Assembly (NCBI RefSeq): GCF_009914755.1
Contig: NC_060934.1
Length of the DNA: 64,000 nt
Source of the DNA: the human T2T-CHM13v2.0 reference genome, Homo sapiens
Direction: 5' to 3' (one strand)
The notes under the pieces are model-generated. The model did not search any database. It was given only the letters and a program-made list of their open reading frames with translations, and was not told where the DNA came from. Below, one piece after another: positions 14,070-29,137 of the stretch. The position numbers and the translations under genes were made by a program. The stretch's first letter is position 1; each line of letters opens with the position of its first letter.

Positions 14070-14804
14070 TGTTATGAACTAAATTGTATCTGCCCTAAAA
14101 TTCATATGTTGAAGTCCTAAGCCCCGGTGCTTCAGAAGGTGACAATATTTGGAGATAGGATCTTAAAGAGGTAATTAAGATAAAATGAGGTCATTGGGTT
14201 GGGCATTAGTCCAATAAGATTTGTGTCCTATAAGAATAGGAAATTTGTAAGCAAATTAACACAGAGGCAGGAAATCAAATATCATATGTTTTTACTTATA
14301 AGGGGGAGCTAAACATTGAGTACTCATGGACATACAAATGGCAACAACAGACACTGTGGACTGCTAGAAGGGGGAGGGAGAGGAAGAGGTAGGGGTTGAA
14401 ACACCAACTATTGGGTACTATACTCACTACCTGGGTGATGATGGGATCTGTCCTACCCCAAACCTCAGCAACATGCAATACAGACGTGTAACAAACCTGG
14501 ACATGTATCCCCAGAATCTAAATAAAAGTTGAAATTCTAAAAAATGTTTTGAAAAAAGAATAGGAAATTTGGACACAGACATGTACAGAGGAAAGACCCC
14601 AAGGTATAGGGAGAAGATGGCCAACTGTATGCCAGGGAGACAGGCCTGGAACAGATCTTTCCTTCATGACCCTCAGAAGGGACCAACCCTGCTGAAACCT
14701 TGATCTTGGATTTCTGGATTCCAGAGCTATGAGAAAATAAATTACTGTTTTTTAAGCCATCTAGTTCCTAGGACTTTGTTATGGGAGCCCTAGCAATCTA
14801 CTAC
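14070..14804 (+). mobile_element. MLT1 (MLT1B-like) MaLR LTR, interrupted by an L1 fragment
   Basis: tgttatg...aaattcatatgttgaagtcctaa start; cctcagaagggaccaaccctgctga; end gcaatctactaca. Confidence 0.85.
14248..14555 (+). mobile_element. L1PA15/16-like 3' terminal fragment nested in MLT1
   Basis: L1 3' UTR with aataaaagttgaaa tail. Exact 16-bp TSD aagaataggaaatttg at 14232-14247 and 14556-14571. Confidence 0.9.
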
Positions 14805-15527
14805 AGTATTCATAAATAATTAATTAAACAAAGTCAAACATGGCTTTGTAAGTCTTGGCAAAATAGTACACTATCTTTGAAATGACAAGGAGAATTTCAG
14901 GATGAACATGCCTCCAGAAATTACAATTAAAGAAAATTTTCCTAGGGGTGGGAGGAAACTTTTGGAGCTGATGGAGGTCTATGACACAGATTCTGGTGAT
15001 GGTTTCACCAGTTTATACTTATCTGCAAACTCATCAAATTGTATCCATTAAATGGGTTCTCCTTTTGATATGTTAATTATACATCAATAAAATGGCTTAA
15101 ATACGCACACACACACACACACACGAATATTATTCAACTTCTCACAGTACGGGATACCAGGATATTGGTAATGTGATCAGTGTTACAGAGATGTCCAGCA
15201 TTCAAACTTTGAGATTCTATAAGGCTTTGGTTAGATTATAGGGGTAACCTCTCTTCTAGGCTTAAGGAAGCTGACAGCTAGTGCTTGCTTACAAAGGTTT
15301 TATGGTAAGCAAGGATAGTGTGAGGTGATAGCAGAAAGCTAATTTTTAAAGTTATCCTTCATTTTTCTTCCATTTTCTGAGCATTTCATTATCTACCTTT
15401 TTCACTGTTAATTTATAAGCAGGACACCAGCAGCTTTCCTTTTCTATTGCCGCTAGGTGGCCTGATACAAGTTAGCAGTAATATTTGGAGAATGGCATAT
15501 CCATCTGCAGTATAAAGTCAATTACTA

Positions 15528-16108
<581 letters not shown>

Positions 16109-18258
16109 TCACTCTTGAAGAACCAGGACAACTTCCTCATTTACAGGCCTCACAATGACTCAGGGCTGTCTGGGCTGGAGCAGGCTTGGAGGCAGTTCTG
16201 AGTTCCAGCCACCTCCTTTCTGCTGCATCATAATCTCTTAGTGTTCTTTCAGTGTGTTTTGCTGTCCTCACTCTCCCCATCACCACAGCTTTCTCCTAGA
16301 TTTAAATTTGACTTTGGCAAGAGAGGAGATCAGAAAAATATCACAAAACCTTATCAGATGAATGCTGAGCAATCAGAAAGCAAACATTTACCTCCTTCTC
16401 ATCTTCATTACCCCCGGTGACCATAATTTCTATTTCATCACCAGCCTGGCTGGGCAGGCCCCTAATTAAATAGTTAGCTTCATCAGCTGCAGGCTTTGAG
16501 ATAACAGTAGGCACAATAAACAATAGAATGTGACTCAGCTAGGTAGTTGTAGCTAATGAATGACAATCATATACAGAGTTTCAAGTGCACATTTCAGGGG
16601 ATGCATTCAGTTAGAATATTATTAGTAGAATTGCTAACAGTACTAACCAGAACACTGAGACCTTATCTTTCCTATAATGGAGCCCTCCTCTAGTTTGGAG
16701 ACCTGATGCAATCAGTCAAGCTTGCTTGCTCTTCTGCTTCCTTTGTGTTCAATACCAATTATAAGAAATATGGTATATAGGGGACCATACGTCTGTTTGC
16801 AGGTCTTAAGTATGTAAATTGGATTGTTTATATCTAGGTCTTCTGGAGAAAGACTTTGCTTATGTATTCAATTTATTTTCATTGCTTAGCAGTACTTAGT
16901 AAAAAGGCTTTTCAATGACCTCGGAGGCAGGATGGTCCAATCTAGTGGAAAGATCATTTCAGTAGGATCTGAAGACTCAGATTTTAGTTTCAGCTCTGCA
17001 AGAAAGAGGAAGGCACGAGTTCTGTTTCTCAAATGCAATAAGTTACTTATAAGGTTTGATCGATGGGTCATTGTGAGATAAGATAATCCATTCAAAAATA
17101 CTTTGGGGATGACGCACTGTTGTGAAAATATGATGCTATTCTGGTCCAGTTCCATGGACTCATTGATATAGTCATTAAAAATAACACGATTAGCTTTCCA
17201 AGGCAATTTTCGGATTTTAATTTGTTTTTTTGAAATATAATATGATGGTAATTTTCTAAGTTTGGAATTGCTGTCTCTTCTATAGAAAATAATTGAAACT
17301 GAAAATATAATATAAATGTAATTAGATTTAAATGTCGCTAATATTTTTGGTTCTATTCTGTTGTGCCACTGGGGCAAGTGCCTATCTACTTGCTATGCCT
17401 GTAGCATCTTCATGTTTACGAAACAATTAACGTTTCCTAGAACCATTTGGAAAATGTTACGGTATCTTTACTTTGCTCAGCATAAACAGGGAGGCAGAAA
17501 GAAGCTCAAAACTATGGAAACTCAAGGGGCGGTGGCTTACCATACTCAGTAGAACCGTATTTATCCATGTTTTCCCCCCAGATCTCCCAATTTATTAGAT
17601 TCCCACATTAGGAGGAATCATCCCTTCCAAACTGAAACTTTGTTTGTGGAGAAATGTCTTGGGATTGATTACAAAGGGAGAATTATCAAATAAATATTCC
17701 ACTTTTATGTTATTGTTTTGACTGGAATATAATTGTAAGGTCTTAGAGACACAGAGCAAATATATTATTCATTTGTACATTAATTTTTAAAGGAAAACAT
17801 TTTAGTCTGATTATGAATACTACAAGCAGCATAATACTAGACAATAAAGAAATGTATAAAGATGCTGGCTAAATCACCCATAATTCTGCTTTCAAGAGTT
17901 AATACCATTTGGTGTGCCCCTTAAGACTTCTTCCTTCTCATGTTCACTTAGAAAAAAATATATATCTTTGTGTATGGTTTATAAACAGTGGGATGCTATT
18001 ACATGCTGTTTTGCAAGACATTATTTTCATTTGATGGAATACCTTTTATTGTTTTCGAGTAAATGCGCCTGTGCATCATCATTTTTCATGGCTTTAGTTT
18101 CTTTCCTTTTATGGACTGGCCATCATTTAATTTTCCAAACACTTTTATGAGCCCTGAAAGTTGTTTCCAATTTTTTATTGTTATAAACAATGCTAAACTT
18201 TAAGCACTGTTATTTAATGTGAAAAACAGGGCTCAGGCTGTCTGCTGTACAGGCTTTA

Positions 18259-18622
<364 letters not shown>

Positions 18623-18774
18623 AGACTTTCATGTTATCTAGGTTTTCAAATATGTTATCATATTGTCGGAAATTCACAAATTTGTAATTTAAAAATTTTA
18701 CATCTGTATATATGGTATTCTCTGTCCTAATACTTGTGGTCTATTTTTATTACATTTGTCTGAGATTACTAGGC

Positions 18775-19620
18775 CAATCATTCAACAAACACGCATAGAT
18801 GATTTTTCCTGTGTTGGTCACAGTGCTACGCTACGGATACAATGGTTAGCAAGGCAGACATAGTCTGTGTTCTAATGGAGACACACTTCCATTCATGTGG
18901 CAGACACAGAATTTAAAAGGACTGTGTATTAGTTTGTTCTCATGCTGCTAATAAAGACATACCTGAGACTGGGTAATTTATAAAGGAAAGAGGTTTAATT
19001 GACTCAAAGTTCAGCATGGTAGGGGAGAGGCCTCAGGAAACTTACAGTCATGGCAGAAGGGAAAGCGGACACGTTCTTCTTCACATGATAGCAGCAATGA
19101 GAAGTGCCAAACAAAAGAGGGAAAAGCCCCTTATAAAAACATCAGATCTTGTGAGAACTCATTCACTATCATGAGAACAGCAGCATGGGGGTAACTGTTC
19201 TCATGATTCAATTACCTCCCACCGGGTCTCTCCTACAACATGTGGGAGCTGCAATTCAAGGTGAGATTTGGGTGGGGACACAGCCAAACCATATTAGACT
19301 ACAAAACGATGAATAACAAATTTTGTAAAGGAAATGAATAGGGATTTGAAAATGAAAATAATGAAAGGGTAGTCTCAGATAAAGTGTTTAGTAAGTACTT
19401 TCTGAAGATGTGACACTCAAACTGAGACATTAAGCATGGGAATACAAATTCATTTTTAAAAAACAAGAAAAAAGAAAAGAAACTATAGTAAGACTGGAGC
19501 ATTTGGGGTGTGTGGGAGACTGGCTGAGACAATGCTGTAGCCTTACAAACAGGTTATATAATAAAGAGTCCTGTGACCACAGCAAGGAGCTTTGGTTTTT
19601 ATAGAAGTGCAGTTAGAAGC
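18775..19620 (-). mobile_element. L2 fragment interrupted by THE1
   Basis: tcattcaacaaac L2 3'-end motif, followed by degenerate L2-like sequence. Confidence 0.5.
18925..19296 (-). mobile_element. THE1 (THE1C/D-like) solo LTR
   Basis: tgtattagt..ttctcatgctgctaataaagacatacctgagactgggtaattt to gggtggggacacagccaaaccatat. 5-bp TSD gactg/gacta. Confidence 0.92.
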
Positions 19621-19869
19621 CTAGATGTCACTCACACCTCTTTCATTTTTTCTTTCCTGTGTTTTAAGTTAAAAGCTTCATTTATTTTACTTTTCCCTTT
19701 ATGATGAGACAAAGGAGTTTTTAAAAACATTTTCTTTCTTGATAGACCAATGCAAATATTATGTTTGTCCAATGTGATACCTAAGTTGGAACTTTGATTT
19801 CGGTGAAATGTTAACTAATTGAGAAAAATATATTTTTTATTTAGAAAATTAGCCCTTTGATTTTTAGAC

Positions 19870-20170
19870 AACCTATCTGTTATTGAAAGAGAATATTTGA
19901 AATCTCCAACTACAAATGTAAATTTTCCATTTATCCTTTTAGTTCCATCTACTATTGTTTAATATACTTTGATCACTTTGTTATTAGTTGCATGTAAATT
20001 TAAGATTGTGTATCTTCTTGTTGAATTGACTTTTTCTTCATTGTGAAATATCCCATTTTACTTGACTAATTCTATTTGCCTTAAAATATTCTTTGGTGTT
20101 ATTGATAGAGCTACAACAGCCTTCTTTTGGTTAACGTTTCCTTGGTAAGTCTTTTTCTTATATATCTTAC
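19870..20170 (-). mobile_element. Old L1M ORF2 5' fragment
   Basis: tgaaatctccaactac, tatcttcttgttgaattgac, cttcttttggtta. Confidence 0.6.
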
Positions 20171-20290
20171 ATTTAAAAAATATCATTGTCACCTCCCAAA
20201 CACAGACGCAGTTTGCCACTTGTTGTTGTTCTCAATTTCTGTATTCAAGTTTACTGTGCTCAATGCTCAATGTTATCAATGACTTTCTTT

Positions 20291-20593
20291 TTCTTTTTTT
20301 TTTTCTTTTTGAGACAGAGTCTCACTCTGTCGCCCAGTCTAGAGTGCAGTGGCACCAGATCTCTGCTCACTGCAAGCTCCGCCTCCCGGGTTCACGCCAT
20401 TCTCCTGCCTCAGCCTCCAGGGTAGCTGGGACCACAGGCGACCGCCATCACGCCCGGCTAATTTTTTGTATTTTTAGTAGAGACGGTGTTTCACCGTGTT
20501 AGCCAGGATGGTCTCAATCTCCTGACCTCGTGATCCACCCGCCTCAGCCTCCCAAAGTGCTGGGATTACAGGCGTGAGCCACCACGTCCGGCC
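20291..20593 (-). mobile_element. AluY
   Basis: Diagnostic tgcaagctccgcctcccgggttcacgccatt, CpG-rich. Exact 17-bp TSD tatcaatgactttcttt at 20274 and 20594. Confidence 0.97.
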
Positions 20594-21221
20594 TATCAAT
20601 GACTTTCTTTATTACTTGGGGGTTTTGTATCCTGCTTAAAAAGACTGACCCCTTTCCAGTTTGTAAACTTATTCACACATTGTTTGTTCTAGAATTTTAT
20701 AGTTCTGTGCTTTGTGCTTAAGTTTTTGATCCATTTGAAATATTTTGTTTTCTAAGGATTGAAGTAGCAACATGATATTTTGAGTGGTGAAGGGCATTGA
20801 TCAATTGATTCTGACGCACAGTGTTTAAAACAAAGTTAGCAGAAACTAACCTTCTCACTTAGGCAAATTTGTACACTTATTTTTTTATTACTTAATCTAT
20901 CAATAACATATGAATGTAAGTTAAATTATATCAGAATTTTTATAATTTATCATTATAATTTAAAATCCTTCCTTAATATCTTAATAGTTGTGAACTTATA
21001 GATTTAAATATAATGTTATTTGGCTGATGGCTTCCTTGCTGTTATATTTTCAAATTGACTTTTACCTTGGAAGTATAAAATATTATCTTTTTGTCATTTA
21101 CAGCTATTTCACTTAATTTTACTCTGCCGAATTAAAAAATTGTTTATGTTGCTTCTTCTTTTTAAAATTTACATTTTGTTTGACGTACTTTACCCATTCT
21201 TGAATTCTTTAGTCTTCTAGA

Positions 21222-21524
21222 TTTTTTTTTTTTTTTTTAAGGCAGAGTCTCGCTCAGTCACCCAGGCTGGAGTGCAGTGGCGCGATCTTGGCCCACCGCA
21301 AGCTCCGCCTCCCGGGTTCACGTCATTCTCCTGCCTCAGCCTCCTGAGTAGCTGCGACTACAGGCACCGGCCACCACGCTCTGCTAATTTTTTGTATTTT
21401 TAGTAGAGACATGATTTCACCTTGTTAGCCAGGACGGTCTCTATCTCCTGACCTCGTGATCCACCGGCCTCAGCCTCGTGATCCTCAGTGCTGGGATTAC
21501 AGGCGTGAGCCACCGTGCCCTGCC
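21222..21524 (-). mobile_element. AluY with internal micro-duplication
   Basis: gcaagctccgcctcccgggttcacg. TSD a(g/a)tcttctaga at 21211 and 21525. Confidence 0.95.
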
Positions 21525-21795
21525 AATCTTCTAGAAATTTTAATGGTCTTGTAAAGAGCATATGTTCCCCAGTTCTCAGAATCTTATTTTCTATTCCACA
21601 TCCACTAGGGTATTTGCATGTACTAGGGGACATAGTTTATGCATTAATTTATTATAATTAGCAGGACAGCAACTGTGTAAACTGTTCTTTTCTCTATTTC
21701 TCTGAAGAGAAAGATGAATATTAGGGAGGTGAAACAAGTTACCTAGAGTTACACACCTAAAAATTGTCTATTTATTGTAAAAGTTCTTTAAATAA

Positions 21796-22179
<384 letters not shown>

Positions 22180-22605
22180 TAATTTTGGAAGTTTTTAAAA
22201 TATTCTGGTCAAAAACACATGAAATTTACCATTTTGGCCATTTTTAAATGTACAGTACAATACATTTGTGTGTGACAGATGACGAGAATGTTTTTGTCTT
22301 GCAAAACTGAAACTTTATGTCCATTGTACAAGTCCCTTCCTCCCACCCCCAAGAAGATATATGTTCTTAAATATTTCAAAAGTATACTGTAATAATTTCT
22401 TTAATTATATGCCTCGAGTGTCTTTGAAATCTTCCTATTGAAACTTGAAATATAAGACACATTTTCTCCCTTCCCTTAATTTCAAGTTAGTATAATCTGG
22501 GTTTTATTTCCATACAATTATTACATTTTGTCCTATGTCCTATTATTTTACTTATTTATTTTTTCCTATATCCTTTGTCCTATATCCTATTATTTTAGTT
22601 ATTCA

Positions 22606-22895
22606 TTTTTTTGAGACAGGGTCTCACTCTGTCACCCAGGCTGGAGTGCAGTGACATGATCATGGCTCACTGCAGTCTCAGCCTCCTGGGGTCAAGCAAT
22701 CCTCCCACCTCAGCCTCCAGAGTAGTTAGGACTACAGGCATGCACCACCATGCCTGCCTAATTTGTATATTTTTTGTAGTGATGGGGTCCCACTCTGTTG
22801 TCCAGGCTGGTCTTGAACTCCTGGCCTCAAGTGACCTTCCTGCCTCAGCCTCCCAAAGTGTTGGGATTACAGGCATGAAGAACTGTGCCAGGCCC
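22606..22895 (-). mobile_element. AluJ
   Basis: gagacagggtctcac, atcatggctcactgcag, tcaagcaatcctcccacc. Confidence 0.92.
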
Positions 22896-25020
22896 ATGTG
22901 TGTCTTTAAAGAAAAGTGCTTAGACCACTTTTTTTTCACTTTCATAACCACATTTGTCTTAGAGTTATCTCTACATTGAAGTGGGTTGAGTTCATTTAAA
23001 AATCACTTGTTTTTCCTGTGATTTATCTCATTATTTCAATCTTTCTTTGTTGATTAGAATATGTATTTGAGAATTTGTTTTATTTTTAAATTGTGGGCAT
23101 AATGGCTATGCTTTTTGAGTGCTTGAATATGTGACATTATTATATTTTTTATTGCTTTCATAATTCCCAATAACACATTAATAAGAATTGCTTATTTAAG
23201 CAACTTAAGAGTTTGAGAAATTTCTCAACTATTAACTTTGGGTATAATGTTACCTATTTTTATGGTTTTTAATTTTTAACGTTTTTCTTCTATATTACAT
23301 TAAACTTTAGAGCTAAACTCTAAGTCTTCTGGACCTAAAGTCCAGCATCACATATAAATGTAACACAATATATATATACAAAATATTTGTAATTACAATT
23401 ATATATAGGTGCAGTTATTGCCTGATTTGTTTCCAGCTGTCATTTTATATATAGCTATGTCATTGCATGTGGATAGTATAGTTCAGATATGATTGACTAG
23501 TAGACTCCATTTTTTATTGCATATGTTTATAAGTGAAACTCTTTGAGCATGTACCTCAAAACATTACATATTTATTTAACAATTATGCATGTAGTGCTAT
23601 TAACTCACATATTAAATTTTAATAAAGTTCAAGTTCTTTCCAAACATTTTTGTAAAAATAATTAAAATCCATATGCTCTGAGATTTTCTCTCTGACTTCA
23701 AAGTTGATGCCTGCACTTTGATTTTTTGACTGTGTCCTTTGTTAGGTTATACATACAGATCAAATCTGGCTTGTTTACCACTGTAACACCACTACCTTCC
23801 ACAATAGCTGGAATCTCATAGGTGCTCAGTAAATACTTATGGAATGACTCATTGGTCTAAGAATGACTTACACATATGCTAAGTTTATAAATGCTAAGGT
23901 TGGTATCTAGAGAGAATATAATTTATTTGCTAATGTCACACAACTTTCATTCCAAATCGGTGAAACTGCAATGCAGTTTTCTTTATTGCACCCCAGAGTT
24001 TGAGATGGTGCCGTGCAGAGTCGAGAGTTGCACGATTTCCTTATGGGAGCTGTTCCAGGAGTGGAGAGGGAAGAGGGAGAGAAGGGGAACATATTTCAAT
24101 TAGATGTGTCCAGACAAGTTGATCTCAGCTTAAATCTATTTTCTTTGTTTACAAAACAAAAGCAAATGATAAAAGCAGAAAAGTAAAGTTCAAAATTCAT
24201 ATCCCTGCACAACGCTGTCTTTTAAATTAAATACCTATTATTACCTATAAGTGAATTTACTTATATGTTGTGACAATCGTATTTCATTTTGTATTCTGAC
24301 AGTAAATAGGCCTCTAAATGTGAGCCTAATTAATATATATACACAGAATGTAGAAAGATGTATTTAAAAATTATATTAAGATAATGCATAAATCACATTG
24401 AACACTTCAATAGGTGTTAAATATATGATTAGCTTTTCTATTATTTAAAATTGATGCTTTTAGCTTTCATCTTAAAATATCAGGGGGATTGTAAAATCTC
24501 ACAGCCTGAGATAAAGAGTTCAGGAGGACAATCTATTTCTAGGGGAAAAATATTAGCTGCCATATCTGTCTTAGAGCCCAGCATGACTTTGACAGGTGTG
24601 GTCAGTTTTGATACTGTAAAGTTATTGAAGTGTCCACAAGATGGCAGATCCAGAGTCTAGGATGCCTTATTCACCAGCACCTGGCAAATGTGCCCAGTAA
24701 GCCTTATTTTTACAACACTGGTAAGCCAAGCTGGTTGCAACAATTAAAATTAACATGCTTAAAAAATCAACTTGCTACTTGTTGTCTTTATTAGAATATA
24801 TGTCACACCCCTTTAAAATAACAATCAGCCTCATGCCACACCATGTTGGTTACTAAATCTATAGCAATGAAAACCTAGCTAATACTGTTCAACTTTTCCT
24901 AATTATTACAAAATGAATCACCTTGCTTTCATATAGTTATGATGTAACAAGATTGCTGTCATACAAAATACATACGAAAACCACTCTTTTTAGAGTTGTC
25001 TCATCCATATTGTCTTATAT

Positions 25021-25368
25021 CAGCGATAACCAACCTTTATGGCACGAGAGACAGGTTTCGTGGAAGACAAGTTTTCACGGACGGGGAAAGGAGGAAGGGG
25101 AGGGTGTGATGGATGGGCGCATTGTCTCATCTAGTGTTGGGATGAAACTGTTCCACCTCAGATCATCAAGCATTAGATTCTCACAAGGAGTGCACAAACT
25201 AGATCCCTCGCATGCACAGTTGACAATAGGGTTTGCGCTGTATGAGACTCTAAAGCCATGGCAATCTGAGAGGAGGTGGCGCTCAGGCGGTAATGCTCCC
25301 TGGCCTGCAGCTCACCTCGTGCTGTGCTGCCCAGGGCCAGTCCATGGCTGGGGGGCAGGGGACCCCAG
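25021..25368. mobile_element. MER1B-like hAT-Charlie DNA transposon
   Basis: cagcg..ccaacctt..tggcac...ggtttcgtggaagacaa; gatgaaactgttccacctcagatcatca; ggggacccc end. Confidence 0.85.
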
Positions 25369-25454
25369 TTTTGTATAAAGTTGGGAGAGAACTATCTCCT
25401 TCCCTCACAGGTTGTTGCATAGTTCATGAATTAATAGATGGTTAAGCCCTACAG

Positions 25455-26220
25455 AAAAGTTGAAAGAAGAGTTTAATGAACACCTAGATGAACTCCCACC
25501 TAGATGTCTCAGTCATTAACATTATGCATTATTCTCTTTCTTTTACACACACATAATTATATATGTCACACACAGAGTTGCTTTCTGCTGAACAACCTCA
25601 GCATGAAGTAGGCAACATGACATTTTAGTTTAAATAATGCGGCGTATATCTCCTAAGCATAAGATCATTACTTACCTAAGCAAAATATCATTATCACTCC
25701 TAACAAAATAACTTTATTAATATATAATATACATTTTATGTTCAAATTTCCCCAATTGCCCTAAGAACATTTTATAGAGAAAATCCAATAAAAGGTTGTG
25801 TACCATACTTATTTGTTATTCTTAAATCCTATTTAACCTAGGATGGTCTTCCTTCTACATTTTTATTTTTCAGGACCTTCAATTTCTAGAACTTTTCAGA
25901 GCATTGTAGCATGTTGCACATTCTGCATATATCTGACTGTTTCTTTGTGATCAGATTTGGGTAAAATATTTTTGGCAAATGTTACATAGATGGTGTTATA
26001 GGTTTATTTTTCAGCAGTAGGAGATATAAAATGTCAGATTGTTCTACTACCGGTCATATTAAGTTAAATTACTGGGCTACATTGGTGACCTATGGAACTC
26101 TCTATAAGTGTACACTTTCTCTTTTGTAATTATTATTCTGTGTCTTAGAGGCTCTGTGAATATCCAGTTTATAAAAGCTTTTACCCACTGGTTTTAGTAT
26201 CCATTGATCATTCTTTGAAA
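25455..26220 (-). mobile_element. Old L1 (L1MC/ME-like) 3' fragment
   Basis: acagaaaagttgaaagaa, tatctcctaag, ttcaaatttccccaattgcc. Confidence 0.55.
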
Positions 26221-26249
26221 TAATTTTTGTAAAGAAAAAATTAAAATAT

Positions 26250-26770
26250 TAATCCATGCATTCATTCCACAGGTACTGACTGAACATCTTCCACCTGTGA
26301 GGCTTTGGGTGAACTGGTGATACAATGGATAGTAGAGTGATATGCCCCTTCACTCAAGAAACATAAAGTCTAGAAGACAGACAACTAGGCACAGACATTA
26401 ATCCATTTTTATAAACTTTATTAAGAGCCAGAAAGAAAATAAGCATAATGCAGTGATAGAAAATAATGGTGTGTGAGTATAATTTAGTGTGGATAGAGAA
26501 AGCTTCTTACAGAAATGTCATTTAAACAGAGAACTAAAAATGACATGAAACAAGCAGTGTGCGATGTGGAGAGTTAAGTGCTTGAGGAGACGGTTCGGAT
26601 GGAGACGAGAACAATCTAAATTATTTTAATAATTTTTAAAAGATCTTTCTGCCTACAATGTTGACAATCAATTTTATAATTATAAGAATATTAAATTCAG
26701 TAAGACTTATTAGAAAACTATTAAATTCATCCAGGTGAAAGATGAGTTTAGGATAACAAAGATGAAGAGA
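26250..26770 (-). mobile_element. L2 fragment
   Basis: catgcattcattc..tactgaacatct, tccaggtgaaagatga. Confidence 0.5.
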
Positions 26771-27904
26771 AATCAAAGGAGATATAACTGACCAACAGTA
26801 TTAGACAAATATTATATTATTATTATGTGAAGATGTTTATATCAATGACATGGTTTAAAATGATAAATATTTCTAGTTTTTTTCCCCCTAAGAAATGAGG
26901 AGTCTCCTACTTGATTTCAGTATAATTTGGTAGCAATACTGCTATTCATTTTGGCCTGAGGGAAGTGAGCAATAAGTATCTGTGTTTGAGTGTGTGTGTG
27001 TCTGTGCCTGTGTGCATGCACACGCACACACTTGTGGGGTAGAAGGAAATATTGGGGAAATGATTGTGGTTCAACATAAGACCAGTACTTTTGAAAGAGA
27101 GGCTGAGGTATTCTTTCATCAAATTTTATCTTCACAAATAGCCTAAAATATACAATTGCCTCCTCTGATCTTATTTTCTCTTATTCACCTTTTCACAATA
27201 GATATTTGGAAGAATAATTTATGCACCGATCCTATATCCTCCACACCCCTCCCACTCAGAAAAGTGCAGCTCTTGAATATTTAAAGGAATCAGCTACAAT
27301 AACCCTACACCAGCTTGAATTCACTCCTAACTGGCTTATGTCCTATTCCAAATTTGCTTAAATTCTGACTTTTGGAATTGTCTCTTGGATTTATCTGTTT
27401 CTGCCCTTTCCACTTCTCTATTGACTTTTCTGGGACACCTCCCCCTTGATCTTTCTGCTTTTAGCCACCAAGGGAGGACACCCTGTCCTTGAAGGACCAC
27501 TGGTCCCTCAAGCCCCAGTTTCTGGCATTGAATCATCTCAGTATATCCTTCCTGGTTTGGAATTCAGACAGGTTAGTACACACTTGTATGTTAAGGCCCT
27601 CAAAAAACAAGCCTAATAACTCTAGGCTTGTCCTAATAAACACAGAAATCAATCAAAAAATGCTCATTATATTTCTAACAAAGTAGCCATTTGCAAATTG
27701 GAAACCCTTTTCTAATTTCAACTTCTTTCCAGAAAGGAGAAAACTCCTATTTTTTTTTTAACTTTTTTTGAGTGTGCGCTTCAGAGTCTCAATCCTCCTT
27801 TTTAAAAATGCCCTTAAATGGTGCTACTTTCCAACCTCTGCACAAAGATTTAATATTAAGCTTTGTTTATAAGTTATGCAGCATCAAATTTGGGGAAATA
27901 ATGA

Positions 27905-28444
<540 letters not shown>

Positions 28445-29089
28445 TAGTCCACTGCTCTGTTGGGATAGTAACCAAGAAATCCACAATGTTGTTGCTGAAG
28501 CCTCCTTCTGCTCTTTAAATATGCAAAGCTCAAATTCAACTTGGTGTACTTTAAGGAAAAATTTTGTAATACACATAATAAGAACATTTTCTAGCTGTCA
28601 GACCAAAAATGTGACAATGTAACTGCTTTTCTTATAGCCCTGACAATGTAAAAGAGGTAGAGATGTAGGTGCAAAAATAGAGAAAGAAGGTTGAAACTCA
28701 CAGAGATGCACATAGGAGATGTGATTCAAGTCTTTTATTTTCTGGATTAGAAAATACTACTTATTTAAGTTTAGAAACCTTTGGATTTTCATTTCTCAGT
28801 TTTTTTTTTCCTCCATGAATTCTTGTCTCAAAACCAGCCCCAGAACAAGAGATGTAAAAGGAGAATCAGAAAGAAGATTTGAAACTTAAAAAGAATGGCA
28901 TTTATGAGCATGTGCTTTTCCTTTATTTGGCATTCTGTTTGCATCACAGTATAGTAAGGATGGGGTGATTTTGTTCTTAGAGTCCCAGGCCACTGGCATC
29001 CCAGACACTCTGCCAATATGCTTTGTGATCTCTGAAATTTTCTTAGCTTTTTTTTTGATTGTATAAATAGGGAGAAATGATCATTCTTG

Positions 29090-29096
29090 ATATACG

Positions 29097-29137
<41 letters not shown>
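29090..29137. repeat. (TA)n(GA)n compound microsatellite
   Basis: Seen directly. Confidence 0.9.

Noticed and set aside
16886-17377. 163-aa minus-strand ORF
   Set aside because: It has a non-ATG start, is AT-rich, overlaps MIR-like sequence, and shows no recognisable domain.
24923-25378. 151-aa ORF
   Set aside because: Chance read-through of the MER1 element.
27607-27631. 9-bp inverted repeat acaagccta/taggcttgt
   Set aside because: Too short to exceed chance in 64 kb.
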